64,000 nt of DNA, taken from positions 32,001-96,000 of the forward strand of contig CBDAON010000003.1 in NCBI GenBank assembly GCA_965198065.1, read 5' to 3'. Position numbers and translations under genes: made by a program. How positions within the stretch are numbered: position 1 is the first letter of the stretch; the number at the start of each line of letters is the position of its first letter. Origin of the DNA: Longimicrobiales bacterium. GTDB lineage: Bacteria; Gemmatimonadota; Gemmatimonadetes; Longimicrobiales; Gaopeijiaceae. The notes under the pieces were generated by a model that saw nothing but the letters and a program-made list of their open reading frames with translations, searched no databases and was not told where the DNA came from. Of this stretch, positions 43,971 through 54,000 are shown in pieces.

Positions 43971-44365
43971 GGCGCGTGGGCGTCGAGACGCTCTTTATCG
44001 AGCCGGGCAGCCCGTGGGAGAACGGCTACAACGAGAGCTTCAACGGCAAGCTCAGGGACGAGCTGTTGAACGGGGAGATCTTCTGCTCGTTGGCGGAGGC
44101 GGCCGTGCTGGTCGAGCAATGGAGGCGCGAGTACGATACCGTCCGACCCCACAGCGCCTGCGGCGGCTTTCCCCCGGCCCCTGAGGCGATTAAGCCGTCG
44201 CCCTGGTTCCTGAGGATGCCCGTCCTTCACCGCCCTCCACAGGTGCTGGGACTAACATAGGTTGTGGTACCGCTCTTCGGGGCAGGTCAAGACCTCCTCG
44301 CTGAAAAGCTTCGGACCAGGTCGATCCTAACATTGCACCTGGTCTCGTTTCAGGGGGTCAGGTCA
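43971..44365. mobile_element. Mosaic of IS3 fragments: copy of ~37929-38249 followed by a near-copy of the left end at ~28869-28943
   Basis: Direct sequence identity to those two loci. Confidence 0.85.
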
Positions 44366-44642
44366 CTACCGCGGAAGGGATCGGTCACACCCGACGGAAG
44401 GCTGGGCGGCCTACATCGGGGGCGACGATGGCTGAGAGACGCCGTGTGGGCAGCTGCTTACGGTTGGTTGGCGAATGGCAAATGCCGGAGGACCACAGGA
44501 TGCTGGTGATGACGAGGGGTGGGGTGCGGAGAACAAGTTTCGACAACACCGGGTCTAAGCTTGGCCAAGCCGAAAAAGCACCCTCGTGGGATCCTCGGGA
44601 TCTATGGGTCGTGCGATGTCGCGTATTGACCTGCCCCGAAAA

Positions 44643-45587
44643 TCAGAACGCGTATTTCATAACCAGAGTGACACCAATCGAGCTCAAGTCCTCGGTCTCA
44701 ATGGTATAGACGACGGCGTTAGTTCCCGAGCCATTGTCAGAGCTATGACTGCGCAACTGATCCCATTCGTTACTGTCACTAAACTTGGCGTGCTTGATCC
44801 AGCGTCCCTTGACTCCGATAGAAGCGTCGTCGGTCAGCATATAGTCCACTCCCACCATTGCTTGGTAGCCCAATATTGTATCGTGAAGCGTGTGACTGGC
44901 CGTTGTGGTCGTACCAGCGATTCTCTCATGCAGAGCCTGGCGGTCGACCGCTTCGTTGCCTCTGCCGTTGTAGGTAGCTTCGTCCGCCGTCTTGATGGCG
45001 TCAGGGTCTAGGTTTCGCGAAAAGAATCCGGCATAGTCTAGGCCGGCCATGCCGAGACCCACGCCGCCTCCGACATATGGACGGAGTTGTCCGGAAACCG
45101 GCAGGTCATAGTAGATGTTACCGACCAAACTGTTTATGTTGACACTTCCTATGCGTTCCTCCCCGCGGACAAGTTCCTGGTCCGATTTGTCCTGAACGTC
45201 CGCTCCTCCACCACCTAGCACTGAGGTCGCATTGTACTGCATGCCAGACCGAAAATATTCCACTTCAATTCTTGCCCCGATATCGGTCTTAAAACCCAGA
45301 GCGACGCCGGAGATTATTCCGGTTGAACTACCGAAGCTGTTGATCCAAGTGGACGCTGCGGACGAGCATTCTCCGGGCTCAGTAATTCCCGGTGGCGAGA
45401 AGTGGTTGGCGGGATCCAGGTGCCTGTCGCAGAGAGTTGGAAAATCAGTATCGCTACCTAGAGTACCCAAGGAATTTCCGATCCCAAGGCCCGACTCAGT
45501 ACTCACGTATAGCTGTTGGGCCTCCGATACACACGGAAGCATCAATGAGACCAAAAAGCACGAGACAACAGATATGAGCCGATTCAT
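44643..45587 (-). CDS. Opacity/Msp2-like outer-membrane beta-barrel protein (paralogue)
   Basis: Same layout as 35783-36715: CDRHLDP, RIEVEY, LVGNIYYD, SRNLDP, WDQLRSH, terminal YAF; GAGGAG RBS. Confidence 0.82.
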   Translation of the reverse strand: MNRLISVVSCFLVSLMLPCVSEAQQLYVSTESGLGIGNSLGTLGSDTDFPTLCDRHLDPANHFSPPGITEPGECSSAASTWINSFGSSTGIISGVALGFKTDIGARIEVEYFRSGMQYNATSVLGGGGADVQDKSDQELVRGEERIGSVNINSLVGNIYYDLPVSGQLRPYVGGGVGLGMAGLDYAGFFSRNLDPDAIKTADEATYNGRGNEAVDRQALHERIAGTTTTASHTLHDTILGYQAMVGVDYMLTDDASIGVKGRWIKHAKFSDSNEWDQLRSHSSDNGSGTNAVVYTIETEDLSSIGVTLVMKYAF

Positions 45588-45734
45588 GTCATGCTCCTCT
45601 TCTTAATGGACAACATAGAGTCCACACCGTCAAGGCTAGACTCTGACGATATATCCTGACTCTCTCCCTTGTTCTTCGATTGCCGAAACAGCTCCCCACA
45701 CGCCCGTCGAGCTCACCTGGATTCCCTTGAGCAG

Positions 45735-45880
45735 CAACTCGTTTCCCCAGCTCCTGAGCCAGACGTAGCAGGCTCAGCTTCCGACGCGCCATCTTCTCCT
45801 TCTGGACGGTGGTCATCTTCCCCTCGTGGCTTGAGTGGACTTAGCAACTCTCAAGTAACCACGGCAAGGGCGGTTGGCCA
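45735..45880 (-). mobile_element. IS481-family transposase 5' fragment
   Basis: MTTVQKEKMARRKLSLLRLAQELG. Confidence 0.7.
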
Positions 45881-45911
45881 CCGTCCTCTTTCCCCGGCCA
45901 AACTGTCGCCT

Positions 45912-46133
45912 TCAGCGCCTTGGCGGCGATGTGAGGAGCACCCGCATGCCCGCGCTGCTGATGAAATCGAGACGGCTGAAGTCGACGACCACGCGCCGCT
46001 CTCCGCTGCTAACGTGGTCCATGACGACAGACTCGAACGAGCGCACGTTTCCGCTGTCGAGTCGTCCGACGGGCGACAGCACCAAGACCTCGTCGTTCCG
46101 CTCCTCCGCGACTTCGATATCCATTCGATGCAC
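45912..46133 (-). pseudogene. STAS-domain anti-sigma antagonist (RsbV-like), truncated
   Basis: VLSPVGRLDS...VVVDFSRLDFISSAGMRVLL. Confidence 0.88.
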
Positions 46134-46493
46134 CCTCTCGTTGCTACGCCAGCCGCTTCACGCTGCGCCTGGTGTGAGATCGTGTTCCAGTGTCAACCGA
46201 TTCTTGCCGTCTAGGTACTCGTACTTCATTCGGCCGGCAGACATCGCCGCCTTTCCCATGCAATGAGCCGGACAAGCCTCGGTGCTGCGGAGCGCGGGCG
46301 AGGTTCGGGCGCCGCTGCCATTCGAGCCGCCAGACCTCGGCCAGGTCAAGTCCCGAGTTGTGTGTAAAAGTGAGAGGAAGCTCCTCGATGCTTCGGTTAG
46401 GCTGCCTTGGCGACCTCCTTCCCTCTCTGCCAACTTAGGTGAGACACGGAACAAGTAAAGAATTAGAGTAGGGCGAAGGCAGAGAAACCGAGG

Positions 46494-47020
46494 ATGCTGA
46501 GACACCGAGAGAGCATGGAAGAGAATAGAATCGCCCCACTAACCTGGGAGGGTAAGCGAAGCGCGGCAGCTGCTCCGGACGCGGAGGTGGTAGATAAGCC
46601 GACGCGCCGACGGTTTAGTCCGTCGTACAAGCTGCGGGTCGTCGAAGAAGCGGACCGGTGCACGGAGCCGGGAGAGGTAGGGCGACTCCTACGACGGGAG
46701 GGCTTGTACTCGTCGCACCTGACGACATGGCGCAAGGCGGTGCGGAGTGGGTCGCTGAGAGCGCTGTCGAAGAGACGAGGTCGAAAGCCGAGCGAACGGA
46801 ATCCGCTGGAGGGGAAAGTGCGCAAGCTGGAGCGCGAGAACACTCGCCTGGAGAAGGAACTCGAGAAGGCGCGCCTGATCATCGACGTCCAGGGAAAAGT
46901 TGCAGGGCTGCTGGGATTGAGCCTCGAGGACGGGACGAACTCGTGAAGGCGGCCGAGGCGCTGGCCACGTACGTAGGGGTAAAGCCCGCGTGCGATGCGC
47001 TCAGGGTCGCCCGAGCCACG
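46494..47020 (+). mobile_element. IS3-family orfA and truncated orfB start
   Basis: RRRFSPSYKLRVVEEAD...LLRREGLYSSHLTTWR; orfB start ACDALRVARAT. Confidence 0.85.
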
Positions 47021-47380
47021 TTAAGCCCGTCTCAACCCAACAGCGGAAGAATGCCGCCTGATACGTTTACACACCTATTGACCCAACCTCCGCCGAGACG
47101 CCGGAAGGCTCCTACGGTTCGGGTCTAGTCTAGAAATCAAGCTGGCTGATCATGCCCTGATGGGCCTTGCCCGAATGCCTACAGGCGGTCCTCAGCGCCG
47201 CGAGGACCTGATGGAGCCTCCTAGCGGCCGTAGTAGCGAGCGACGGCGCCGCGGCCCGTGAGGCGTCCCCGATCCATCGGGCCGGAGCTCCACGTCTCCC
47301 CACGTGAGGGCGGCGGCTTCGATTCTCGCTATAGCATTCGCCAGTGGCGGCGCATACCCCGCGGTCAGGTCTGGCTGTAG

Positions 47381-48313
47381 CTAGAAATGATGCTTCATTC
47401 CAAGACTGACTCCCACAAAGGAAAAACCGTCGGTCGACATCGTACCGTCCACGGGCTCACTGCCATCGCGCCGCAGATTCGGCACATGGCTGCGCAACGG
47501 ATCCCAGACCACGGTACCTGCAAATTCACCCAAGCTCATCCAGCGAGCCCTGAGTCCTACCGACACCGTTTCCGACACCGGGTAATCGAATCCAGCGAGA
47601 ATCTGGTAACTGGTCTGTGTATCCCCCATGGTGGCCTGCGCCGAGCTGGACGTGCCGGCTAGATTGCGCGCGATTTGATCGGCGTTGGGCTGGTCTCGAC
47701 CCGTGTCTATGGCCACCGGATCCGTGTTTCTGGACCACACGCTCGCGTAGTCTGCATTCGTTCTCCCAATCCCCATACCCAACCCCACGAACGGCGTGAA
47801 GCCCCCGGCCACGCCAGGCAGGTCCAGGTACACGTTGCCCATCAGGCTCTTCGATTCGACGAGACCCAACCACTCCTGCGCCAAGAACAGTTCGTCGCTC
47901 AGCTTGTCGGCATTGACCCCCTGGGCGGCGAGCACCCCGGACCGCTGGGAGTAGTTGGAGCTCCTCATCACGTACTCTACCTCTGCCCGCACCATGCCGT
48001 GCAACCGGTATCCCATCACAGCGCTCATCGCAACGCCACCGGCTCTATCGAACGGCACACTCCAACTGTCTCCCACGCCACGTGCCGCGTCGGTGCAGCC
48101 AGGTACGGACGCATATAGCGGGTTGATGAACTCATCGCAGATGCTGGCGCGATCATTGCTGTCACCCGTCATGGTCACCGCAGACGATAAGAGAGTTCCT
48201 AGTTCTGCGCCCACATAGAACCGTCGCTCGCCTTGTGCCAGAGCGGGCGTGGCCATGGGAAAGAGCACGGTACAAGTCACGATGAGAGAATACAGACAGC
48301 GGCTTCGTATCAT
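47381..48313 (-). CDS. Opacity/Msp2-like outer-membrane beta-barrel protein (copy 2)
   Basis: Same protein as 35783-36715. Confidence 0.8.
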   Translation of the reverse strand: MIRSRCLYSLIVTCTVLFPMATPALAQGERRFYVGAELGTLLSSAVTMTGDSNDRASICDEFINPLYASVPGCTDAARGVGDSWSVPFDRAGGVAMSAVMGYRLHGMVRAEVEYVMRSSNYSQRSGVLAAQGVNADKLSDELFLAQEWLGLVESKSLMGNVYLDLPGVAGGFTPFVGLGMGIGRTNADYASVWSRNTDPVAIDTGRDQPNADQIARNLAGTSSSAQATMGDTQTSYQILAGFDYPVSETVSVGLRARWMSLGEFAGTVVWDPLRSHVPNLRRDGSEPVDGTMSTDGFSFVGVSLGMKHHF

Positions 48314-48418
48314 GATGTTTTAGTCCCCTGACAAGGTTGTGCTGAAAAACGAAAGTGTTGCAGTCCGTCCCTTCTCTCAGACCCCCAACAACACGAGCCA
48401 TTTGTCCAGATCGCAATT

Positions 48419-48505
48419 AGGGCCTGTTAACACTATCTGAGAGCCTCGACGATGAGCGCAAAGTGGATGAAGGCCGTGAACATCACGTCGAGCTTGTCGC
48501 AAGGC
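48419..48505 (-). mobile_element. IS5-family right-end remnant
   Basis: DKLDVMFTAFIHFALIVEALR* followed by terminus TGTTAACAGGCCCT. Confidence 0.7.
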
Positions 48506-48554
48506 TCACACGGCCAACCCGCTCGTCCCCCGGACGTTCCCGTTCGGCCCGAAG

Positions 48555-49193
48555 ATGGCGATCTTCCACGGTGTGAGGACCAAGACAGCAGTTCTGCTGG
48601 CCGGTGTGGTCGGGATCGCGGCCGGGGCCCTGGGCCTCGGACTCGCGCGCCTCGCCGTGCTTCCGCCTCAGGAGTACGTCCACTTCCATGCGAACTGGGC
48701 CCTCTGGCTGAACGGGGAGCGGGTCGACTTCACGGGGGACGAGTACATGGAGGACGTCGGGCTCTGCATGTCCGCGGATGCGGAGATCACCGGGCCTGGA
48801 AGGGTGCACCTCCACGAGAACAACGCCGACGTCCTGCACGTCCATCACGACGGGGTCACCTGGGGGCATTTTCTCCAGAACCTCGGCTGGGCGATGGGTC
48901 CGGACTGGGTCATGACGGATCGCCAGGAGATTTACCGCGACGGGGAAGGCGCCCGTCTCACGTTCATCCTGAACGGCTTCAGCGTGCCACCGGTGAACGA
49001 GAGGCTGATCCGCCCCGGCGACCGCCTCCTCGCTTCCTTCGGGTCCGAGTCGGTTGAGGAGCTCGTCAGGTACCGGTTCCCGGAGGTCGCGTCGAACGCC
49101 CCGACCTACGACGAGACCTTCGACCCGGCTGGCTGCCAAGGGCAGGAGCCCGAGACCTTTTCCGATCGACTGAGGCGGGCGTTCTGGCTCTGA
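48555..49193 (+). CDS. Membrane-anchored His-rich hypothetical protein
   Basis: N-terminal TM; VHFHA, VHLHE, LHVHH motifs. Confidence 0.75.
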   Translation: MAIFHGVRTKTAVLLAGVVGIAAGALGLGLARLAVLPPQEYVHFHANWALWLNGERVDFTGDEYMEDVGLCMSADAEITGPGRVHLHENNADVLHVHHDGVTWGHFLQNLGWAMGPDWVMTDRQEIYRDGEGARLTFILNGFSVPPVNERLIRPGDRLLASFGSESVEELVRYRFPEVASNAPTYDETFDPAGCQGQEPETFSDRLRRAFWL

Positions 49194-49208
49194 GGCTCGG
49201 GTACGCCT

Positions 49209-50312
49209 TCAGTCCCCGAACGACATCCCCAATCGACGCGCGGTGATCAGCACGTCGCTGTCATCGGGCACGCTCTTCACGTTCGCAACCGCCTCCTCGA
49301 GCGGCACGGCCAGGATCTCCGGGGGATCGAGGGCGACCATGCACCCAAACTTCTCCCGGGCCACCAGGTCCACAGCCGCGGCCCCGAAGCGCAGCGCGAG
49401 GAGCCGGTCATAGGCTGTGGGCTGCCCGCCCCTCTGCAGGTGCCCAAGCACGAGGCTTCGGCTCTCGAAGCCCAGCCGCTTCGAGAGCTCGCTCGCGACC
49501 CGCTCCCCCATCCCGTGGTAGCACGTACCCCCTTCGGTGCGACCGGGACCACTCGAAACCACGGCCGCTTCCTCGCCCTCGGGCCGTGCCCCTTCCGCCA
49601 CCACGACGAGCGCGTACGGAGGACCCCGTTCGTACTTGGCCCGGATGTCGTAGGCCAGCGAGTCCCAGCGAAACGGGATTTCGGGAATGAGGATGGCGTC
49701 CGCCGATCCCGACACTCCCGCGTAGAGCGCGATCCAGCCGGTATGTCGCCCCATCAGCTCGATGGCCATGATCCGTTCGTGGGATCGCGCTGTCGAGTGG
49801 AGCTTGTCGATCGCGTCGGTCGCCGTCTGGACGGCCGTGTGGAAGCCGAACGTGACCTGGGTGGCGGCCAGGTCGTTGTCGATCGTCTTCGGGACGCCCA
49901 CGACGGGAAGCCCACGTCGAGAGAGATCCGCCGCGATCCGCAGGGATCCATCTCCCCCGATAGCTACGAGCGCGTCGAGCCCTGCCCCACGGAACGCCTC
50001 GAGGACGTCCTCGGAGCGATCCACGATCTCGACCGATCCATCTGGGAGCGCCCTGGGCCAAGCCAGCGGGTTACCCCTGTTCGTCGTCCCGAGGATCGTC
50101 CCCCCGAGATGGGCGATTCCCTGCACGGACTCCCGGTCCATGCGGACCACCCCGCTCGCGGTGAAAAGGCCCTCGTATCCGTGCTCAATCCCGAACACCT
50201 CCCAACCCTGATTGAGCGCGGACAGCACGACGGAACGGATCACCGCGTTGAGTCCCGGAGCGTCTCCGCCGCCGGTGTTCACGGCCAGTCGGAACGCCTG
50301 CGTAGGGGTCAC
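49209..50312 (-). CDS. pfkA: 6-phosphofructokinase
   Basis: TGGGDAPGLN, GGTILGT, IGGDGS, PKTIDND, ELMGR, LGHLQRGG. Confidence 0.95.
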   Translation of the reverse strand: MTPTQAFRLAVNTGGGDAPGLNAVIRSVVLSALNQGWEVFGIEHGYEGLFTASGVVRMDRESVQGIAHLGGTILGTTNRGNPLAWPRALPDGSVEIVDRSEDVLEAFRGAGLDALVAIGGDGSLRIAADLSRRGLPVVGVPKTIDNDLAATQVTFGFHTAVQTATDAIDKLHSTARSHERIMAIELMGRHTGWIALYAGVSGSADAILIPEIPFRWDSLAYDIRAKYERGPPYALVVVAEGARPEGEEAAVVSSGPGRTEGGTCYHGMGERVASELSKRLGFESRSLVLGHLQRGGQPTAYDRLLALRFGAAAVDLVAREKFGCMVALDPPEILAVPLEEAVANVKSVPDDSDVLITARRLGMSFGD

Positions 50313-50364
50313 TGGAAGGGCTCCGGCATCGCGTCGGCGGATCGCCCCGGGGCAGTCTCGGGCC

Positions 50365-52341
50365 TCAGAAGCTCCGCCAGTCCTCCGTGAGGATCCGCTC
50401 GTAGACCCCTGACTCGACCAGTAGCTGGACGATGTCGGCGTCCAGCTGCCCACCCTTCGACTCCATCTCGAGAATCGAGATCGCCCGCTCCGACGTGAGC
50501 GCCTTCTTGTACGGACGGTCGGAGGCGGTGAGCGCGTCGAAGATGTCGGACACCGTCATCATGCGCGTCTGGATCGGGATCTCTGGGTCCGTCTTTCCCA
50601 TGGGATACCCCGTCCCGTCCAGCTTCTCGTGGTGGCCGTGGGCGATGTCGGCCACCCGGGAGAGGTTCTCCGTCCAAGGGATCTGACGGAGGAACTGATA
50701 GGTCAGCGAGACGTGCGATTCGATCTGCTTCCGCTCGTCGGGGTCCAGGCTCCCCTTGGGTATCACGAGAAAGTGGAGCTCCTCCGGAGTCACATAGGGA
50801 ACGAGCGTTCCGGAGAAGTTGGGGAACTGCATCGAAGCGATCTCCTTCAGGACGCCACTGGCATCTTCGGGAAGCACGTGGGGCTCGTTCGCCTCCCCAA
50901 CCGCCTGCTGGTAGTGGTCCACGCGCGCGAGCTCCTCGTGGAACTTCTGCTTCAAGTGCTCCACCAGCCTCTTCGCTCCCTCCGGTCCGTGGGTCGTGAC
51001 GAGGACGGCGCGCCGCTCCTGGTACCCCGCCTCGAGCGTCCGGCGGATCAAATCGAAGCGGGCCTCGATGCGCGCGAGCATCACCGGCGGGAGCTTCTTC
51101 GCCTTGACGAGCACCTGTTCGCGGACTCCGACCTTCCCGAAATCGTGCAGGAGCCCGGCGTACCGAAGCTCCTTCATCTGCTCCCGCGTGAAGCGCACGC
51201 TGCTGAACACCCCGCCGCCGGCTCGATCGGCCGCTTCCGCGACGTCACAGGTCAGCGTCGCGACACGCACGGAATGGCCCGACGTCGTCGGGTCCCGCTG
51301 ATCGATGGCCGTGACCGCGGCCTTGATGAAGCCCTCGAACAGGTTCTCGATGTCCCGGTAGAGCTGACCGTTCTCGATCGAGACCGCCGCCTGGCCCGCC
51401 AGCGACTGAACCAGCTCCACGTCGCTCTCGCCGAAGGCGACCACCGCCCGCCGCGCGTCCTCTTCCGTCCTCACGCTCGCGACGGGATCGTGCTTCCGGT
51501 TGATTAGCTGGAGCACCCCTACCGTTCGATCCCGGTGGTCCTTCATGGGAACGACCAGCATGGACTTGGCCCGATACCCGAAGACCTCGTCGAAGCTGCT
51601 CCGGTTGAACGTGTAGGGCACGTTGCCCGCGAGCTCATAGACGTCGTCGATGACGAGCGGCTCGCCCGTGCTCGCCGCGTATCCTGCGATGCTCTTCTCG
51701 TCGATCGGGAGGGTGAAGTCGGGCGCGGGCAGATCCGGGATGGAGTCGTTCTGAGCGAGCCGGAAGCGTAGCCGATCCATCTCCTCGCCACGGCCGGTCT
51801 CCACCAGGTAGAGGCTTCCCGCGTCGCTCGTGGTGAGGCGGCGGGCCTGGGTGAGGATCAGGTCGAGAAGGCGGTCGGGGTCCCGCTCGCTCATGAGCGC
51901 AATCCCGACCCGATTCAACTCGCGGAGCTCGTCACGCGTCCGCGCGAGCATCTCGCGCGCGACCGCCGCGCCGTGGAGAACCGCCGCGTGTCCGAGGGCG
52001 GCTCGAAGGATGCGGGCGGTCGCCTTCTCCTCGACGATCCCGGCCAGTGACGAGAAGTGTTTCCCGGCCGCTTCGGCCGCCCCGGCCGCCCGATCGTCCA
52101 GACTCACGATCGCCACACCCTCCGGGACAGCGGCGAGCGCCTCACTATCGACGCCCAGCACCTCGTCCAGGAGAAGGACACCGGGCAGGTCCCGCTCCTT
52201 GATCTCATGCACGGCCGAGATCTCCCGGATCCCCACACGATCTCCGAGCGCGCGCGCCGCCGCCGGGACGCGACCGGCCGTCACAAACAGGGTCGCGAGC
52301 GGCGAATCGGGCGCGGTCATGGGAACAGCGTCACTCGGCAT
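50365..52341 (-). CDS. GAF + HD-GYP phosphodiesterase
   Basis: GAF (GVLQLINRK), GHSVRVA, LHDFGK, HHEKLDGTGYP, DRPYK. Confidence 0.93.
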   Translation of the reverse strand: MPSDAVPMTAPDSPLATLFVTAGRVPAAARALGDRVGIREISAVHEIKERDLPGVLLLDEVLGVDSEALAAVPEGVAIVSLDDRAAGAAEAAGKHFSSLAGIVEEKATARILRAALGHAAVLHGAAVAREMLARTRDELRELNRVGIALMSERDPDRLLDLILTQARRLTTSDAGSLYLVETGRGEEMDRLRFRLAQNDSIPDLPAPDFTLPIDEKSIAGYAASTGEPLVIDDVYELAGNVPYTFNRSSFDEVFGYRAKSMLVVPMKDHRDRTVGVLQLINRKHDPVASVRTEEDARRAVVAFGESDVELVQSLAGQAAVSIENGQLYRDIENLFEGFIKAAVTAIDQRDPTTSGHSVRVATLTCDVAEAADRAGGGVFSSVRFTREQMKELRYAGLLHDFGKVGVREQVLVKAKKLPPVMLARIEARFDLIRRTLEAGYQERRAVLVTTHGPEGAKRLVEHLKQKFHEELARVDHYQQAVGEANEPHVLPEDASGVLKEIASMQFPNFSGTLVPYVTPEELHFLVIPKGSLDPDERKQIESHVSLTYQFLRQIPWTENLSRVADIAHGHHEKLDGTGYPMGKTDPEIPIQTRMMTVSDIFDALTASDRPYKKALTSERAISILEMESKGGQLDADIVQLLVESGVYERILTEDWRSF

Positions 52342-53257
52342 GGAGTCCGACGTCCACCCCCTCTCGGGCCGCCTCCACGCCGGGGCCACCCTCCCGCTCC
52401 GATCGTTCCGCAAACTGTTCGACTACGCGGGCGAGCTCGGCGTCGGTCCGTTCGGGCGCGTGATGAAAGAACAGTAGGCGCTTCGCTCCGCATTCCGCTG
52501 CGAGCTCGTACGCCTGATCGAAGGTGGAGTGACCCCACCCGTCGCGCGCCGCGTACTCCTCCTCCGTATACATGGCGTCGTGAACCAGCACATCCGTGTC
52601 CCGGAGAAAGGCGTCCAGGTCCTTGCGCCAGGCGTCCCGTCCGACGGGATACGTCCCCCCCTCGAGCTCGTTGTCCGGCAGGTAACAGATAGACCGACCC
52701 GCCACCCGTATGCGGTACCCGACGGTGAAGGACGCATGGCGCATGCGGAACGGGGTCACCTCGAATCCATGGTCCTCCCAGGTACCCTCATTCAGGTGGG
52801 TGAACGAGGTCCCCGCCGCCACGGCCGAGAACGGGATCGGGAAATAGACCGGTCCCATCTGCCCGGCAAACAGGGTGCGGATGTCGATCTCCTCCTGCTC
52901 CGGACCCACGATCGACAGCCGGGCGCGCGGGTCGTAGAGGGGGGCGAAAAAGGGGAAGCCCTGAATGTGATCCCAGTGGAAGTGCGTGAGGAACATCTGG
53001 GTCATCCCCGGCGCCTCCGCTCCCCGCATCACCTCGCCCAGAAGCCGCAGGCCCGTTCCCGCGTCAAAGATGAGCCGCCGGCCGTCCGCTCGGAGCTCTA
53101 TGCACGGCGTGTTCCCGCCGAACTGACTCGTGCCCGGACCCGGGGCCGGAATGGACCCCCGGACGCCCCAGCACCGGAGGGTCACAGACGGGGCGACATC
53201 GGCTTCCCTGCTTGACTCCACGGCAATCCTCCGGGGGGGGAGGGCCACACATGGCAC
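52331..53257 (-). CDS. MBL-fold metallo-hydrolase (phosphodiesterase-like)
   Basis: WGVRGSIP, GGNTPC, THFHWDHIQG, GHST, FHHAP. Confidence 0.92.
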   Translation of the reverse strand: MPCVALPPRRIAVESSREADVAPSVTLRCWGVRGSIPAPGPGTSQFGGNTPCIELRADGRRLIFDAGTGLRLLGEVMRGAEAPGMTQMFLTHFHWDHIQGFPFFAPLYDPRARLSIVGPEQEEIDIRTLFAGQMGPVYFPIPFSAVAAGTSFTHLNEGTWEDHGFEVTPFRMRHASFTVGYRIRVAGRSICYLPDNELEGGTYPVGRDAWRKDLDAFLRDTDVLVHDAMYTEEEYAARDGWGHSTFDQAYELAAECGAKRLLFFHHAPERTDAELARVVEQFAERSEREGGPGVEAAREGVDVGLHAE

Positions 53258-53384
53258 GGTACGGTCGAGGCCCGCCGAATGTACGGATTCGCGTGACGAG
53301 GGTCGAGAGGGGCCGCGGCTTTCCCGCCCCGACGGCTCGCCCGTACATTAGCTCCCCGCACGCAAGGCACCCGGGAGGGCCTGG

Positions 53385-53681
53385 ATGGCGACCGTAGACG
53401 AGATCATCCCACTGCTCAGGAAGGTCAGTCTCTTCGAGGGACTTCCCCGGGAGGACCTGGAGCGGCTCGCGGGCATCGGGGAAGAGCGGGTGCTCCCCGC
53501 GGGCGAGACGCTGTTCGAGGAGGGGGAGGAGGGAGACGCCTTTTTCGCCGTCGTCTCGGGAGCGGTCGAGATCCTCCGGCGCCGCGCCGCCGACGTGGTC
53601 TCGGCTCTTCACGGGGCTCTGGCACGCGCGCATCCCGTTGGAACCGAGATCACCGTCCTGATGGTTAGGCGTACCCAATGA
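53385..53681 (+). pseudogene. Cyclic-nucleotide-binding domain protein, apparently internally deleted
   Basis: LRKVSLFEGL...LFEEGEEGDAFFAVVSGAVEI; lacks the FGE motif and jumps to an unrelated tail. Confidence 0.7.
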
Positions 53682-53700
53682 CGAGACGCCGGAGCGGAAC

Positions 53701-54000
53701 ATGACCGTAACCGAAAAGAGCGTTCTGGACGCCCTGAAGACCGTTAAGGACCCGGAGCTGAACCTGAACCTCGTCGTGCTCGGCCTGGTCTACGACGTAG
53801 CGGTGGACGGCAGCCACGTGAACGCCAGGATCTCCCTCACTACACCCATGTGCCCAGTGGCCGAGGAGATCGTGCACATGGCGGAGCGAGCGATCCTCGG
53901 AGTGGAGGGCGTGGAGAGCGCGGACGTCCAGCTCACCTTCGATCCACCGTGGACCCCGGAGAGGATCTCTCCCCTGATCCGCTCGTCCCTCGGGCTATGA
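53701..54000 (+). CDS. DUF59/SufT-like metal-sulfur cluster assembly factor
   Basis: DPELNLNLVVLGLVY...LTTPMCP...FDPPWTPE. Confidence 0.92.
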   Translation: MTVTEKSVLDALKTVKDPELNLNLVVLGLVYDVAVDGSHVNARISLTTPMCPVAEEIVHMAERAILGVEGVESADVQLTFDPPWTPERISPLIRSSLGL

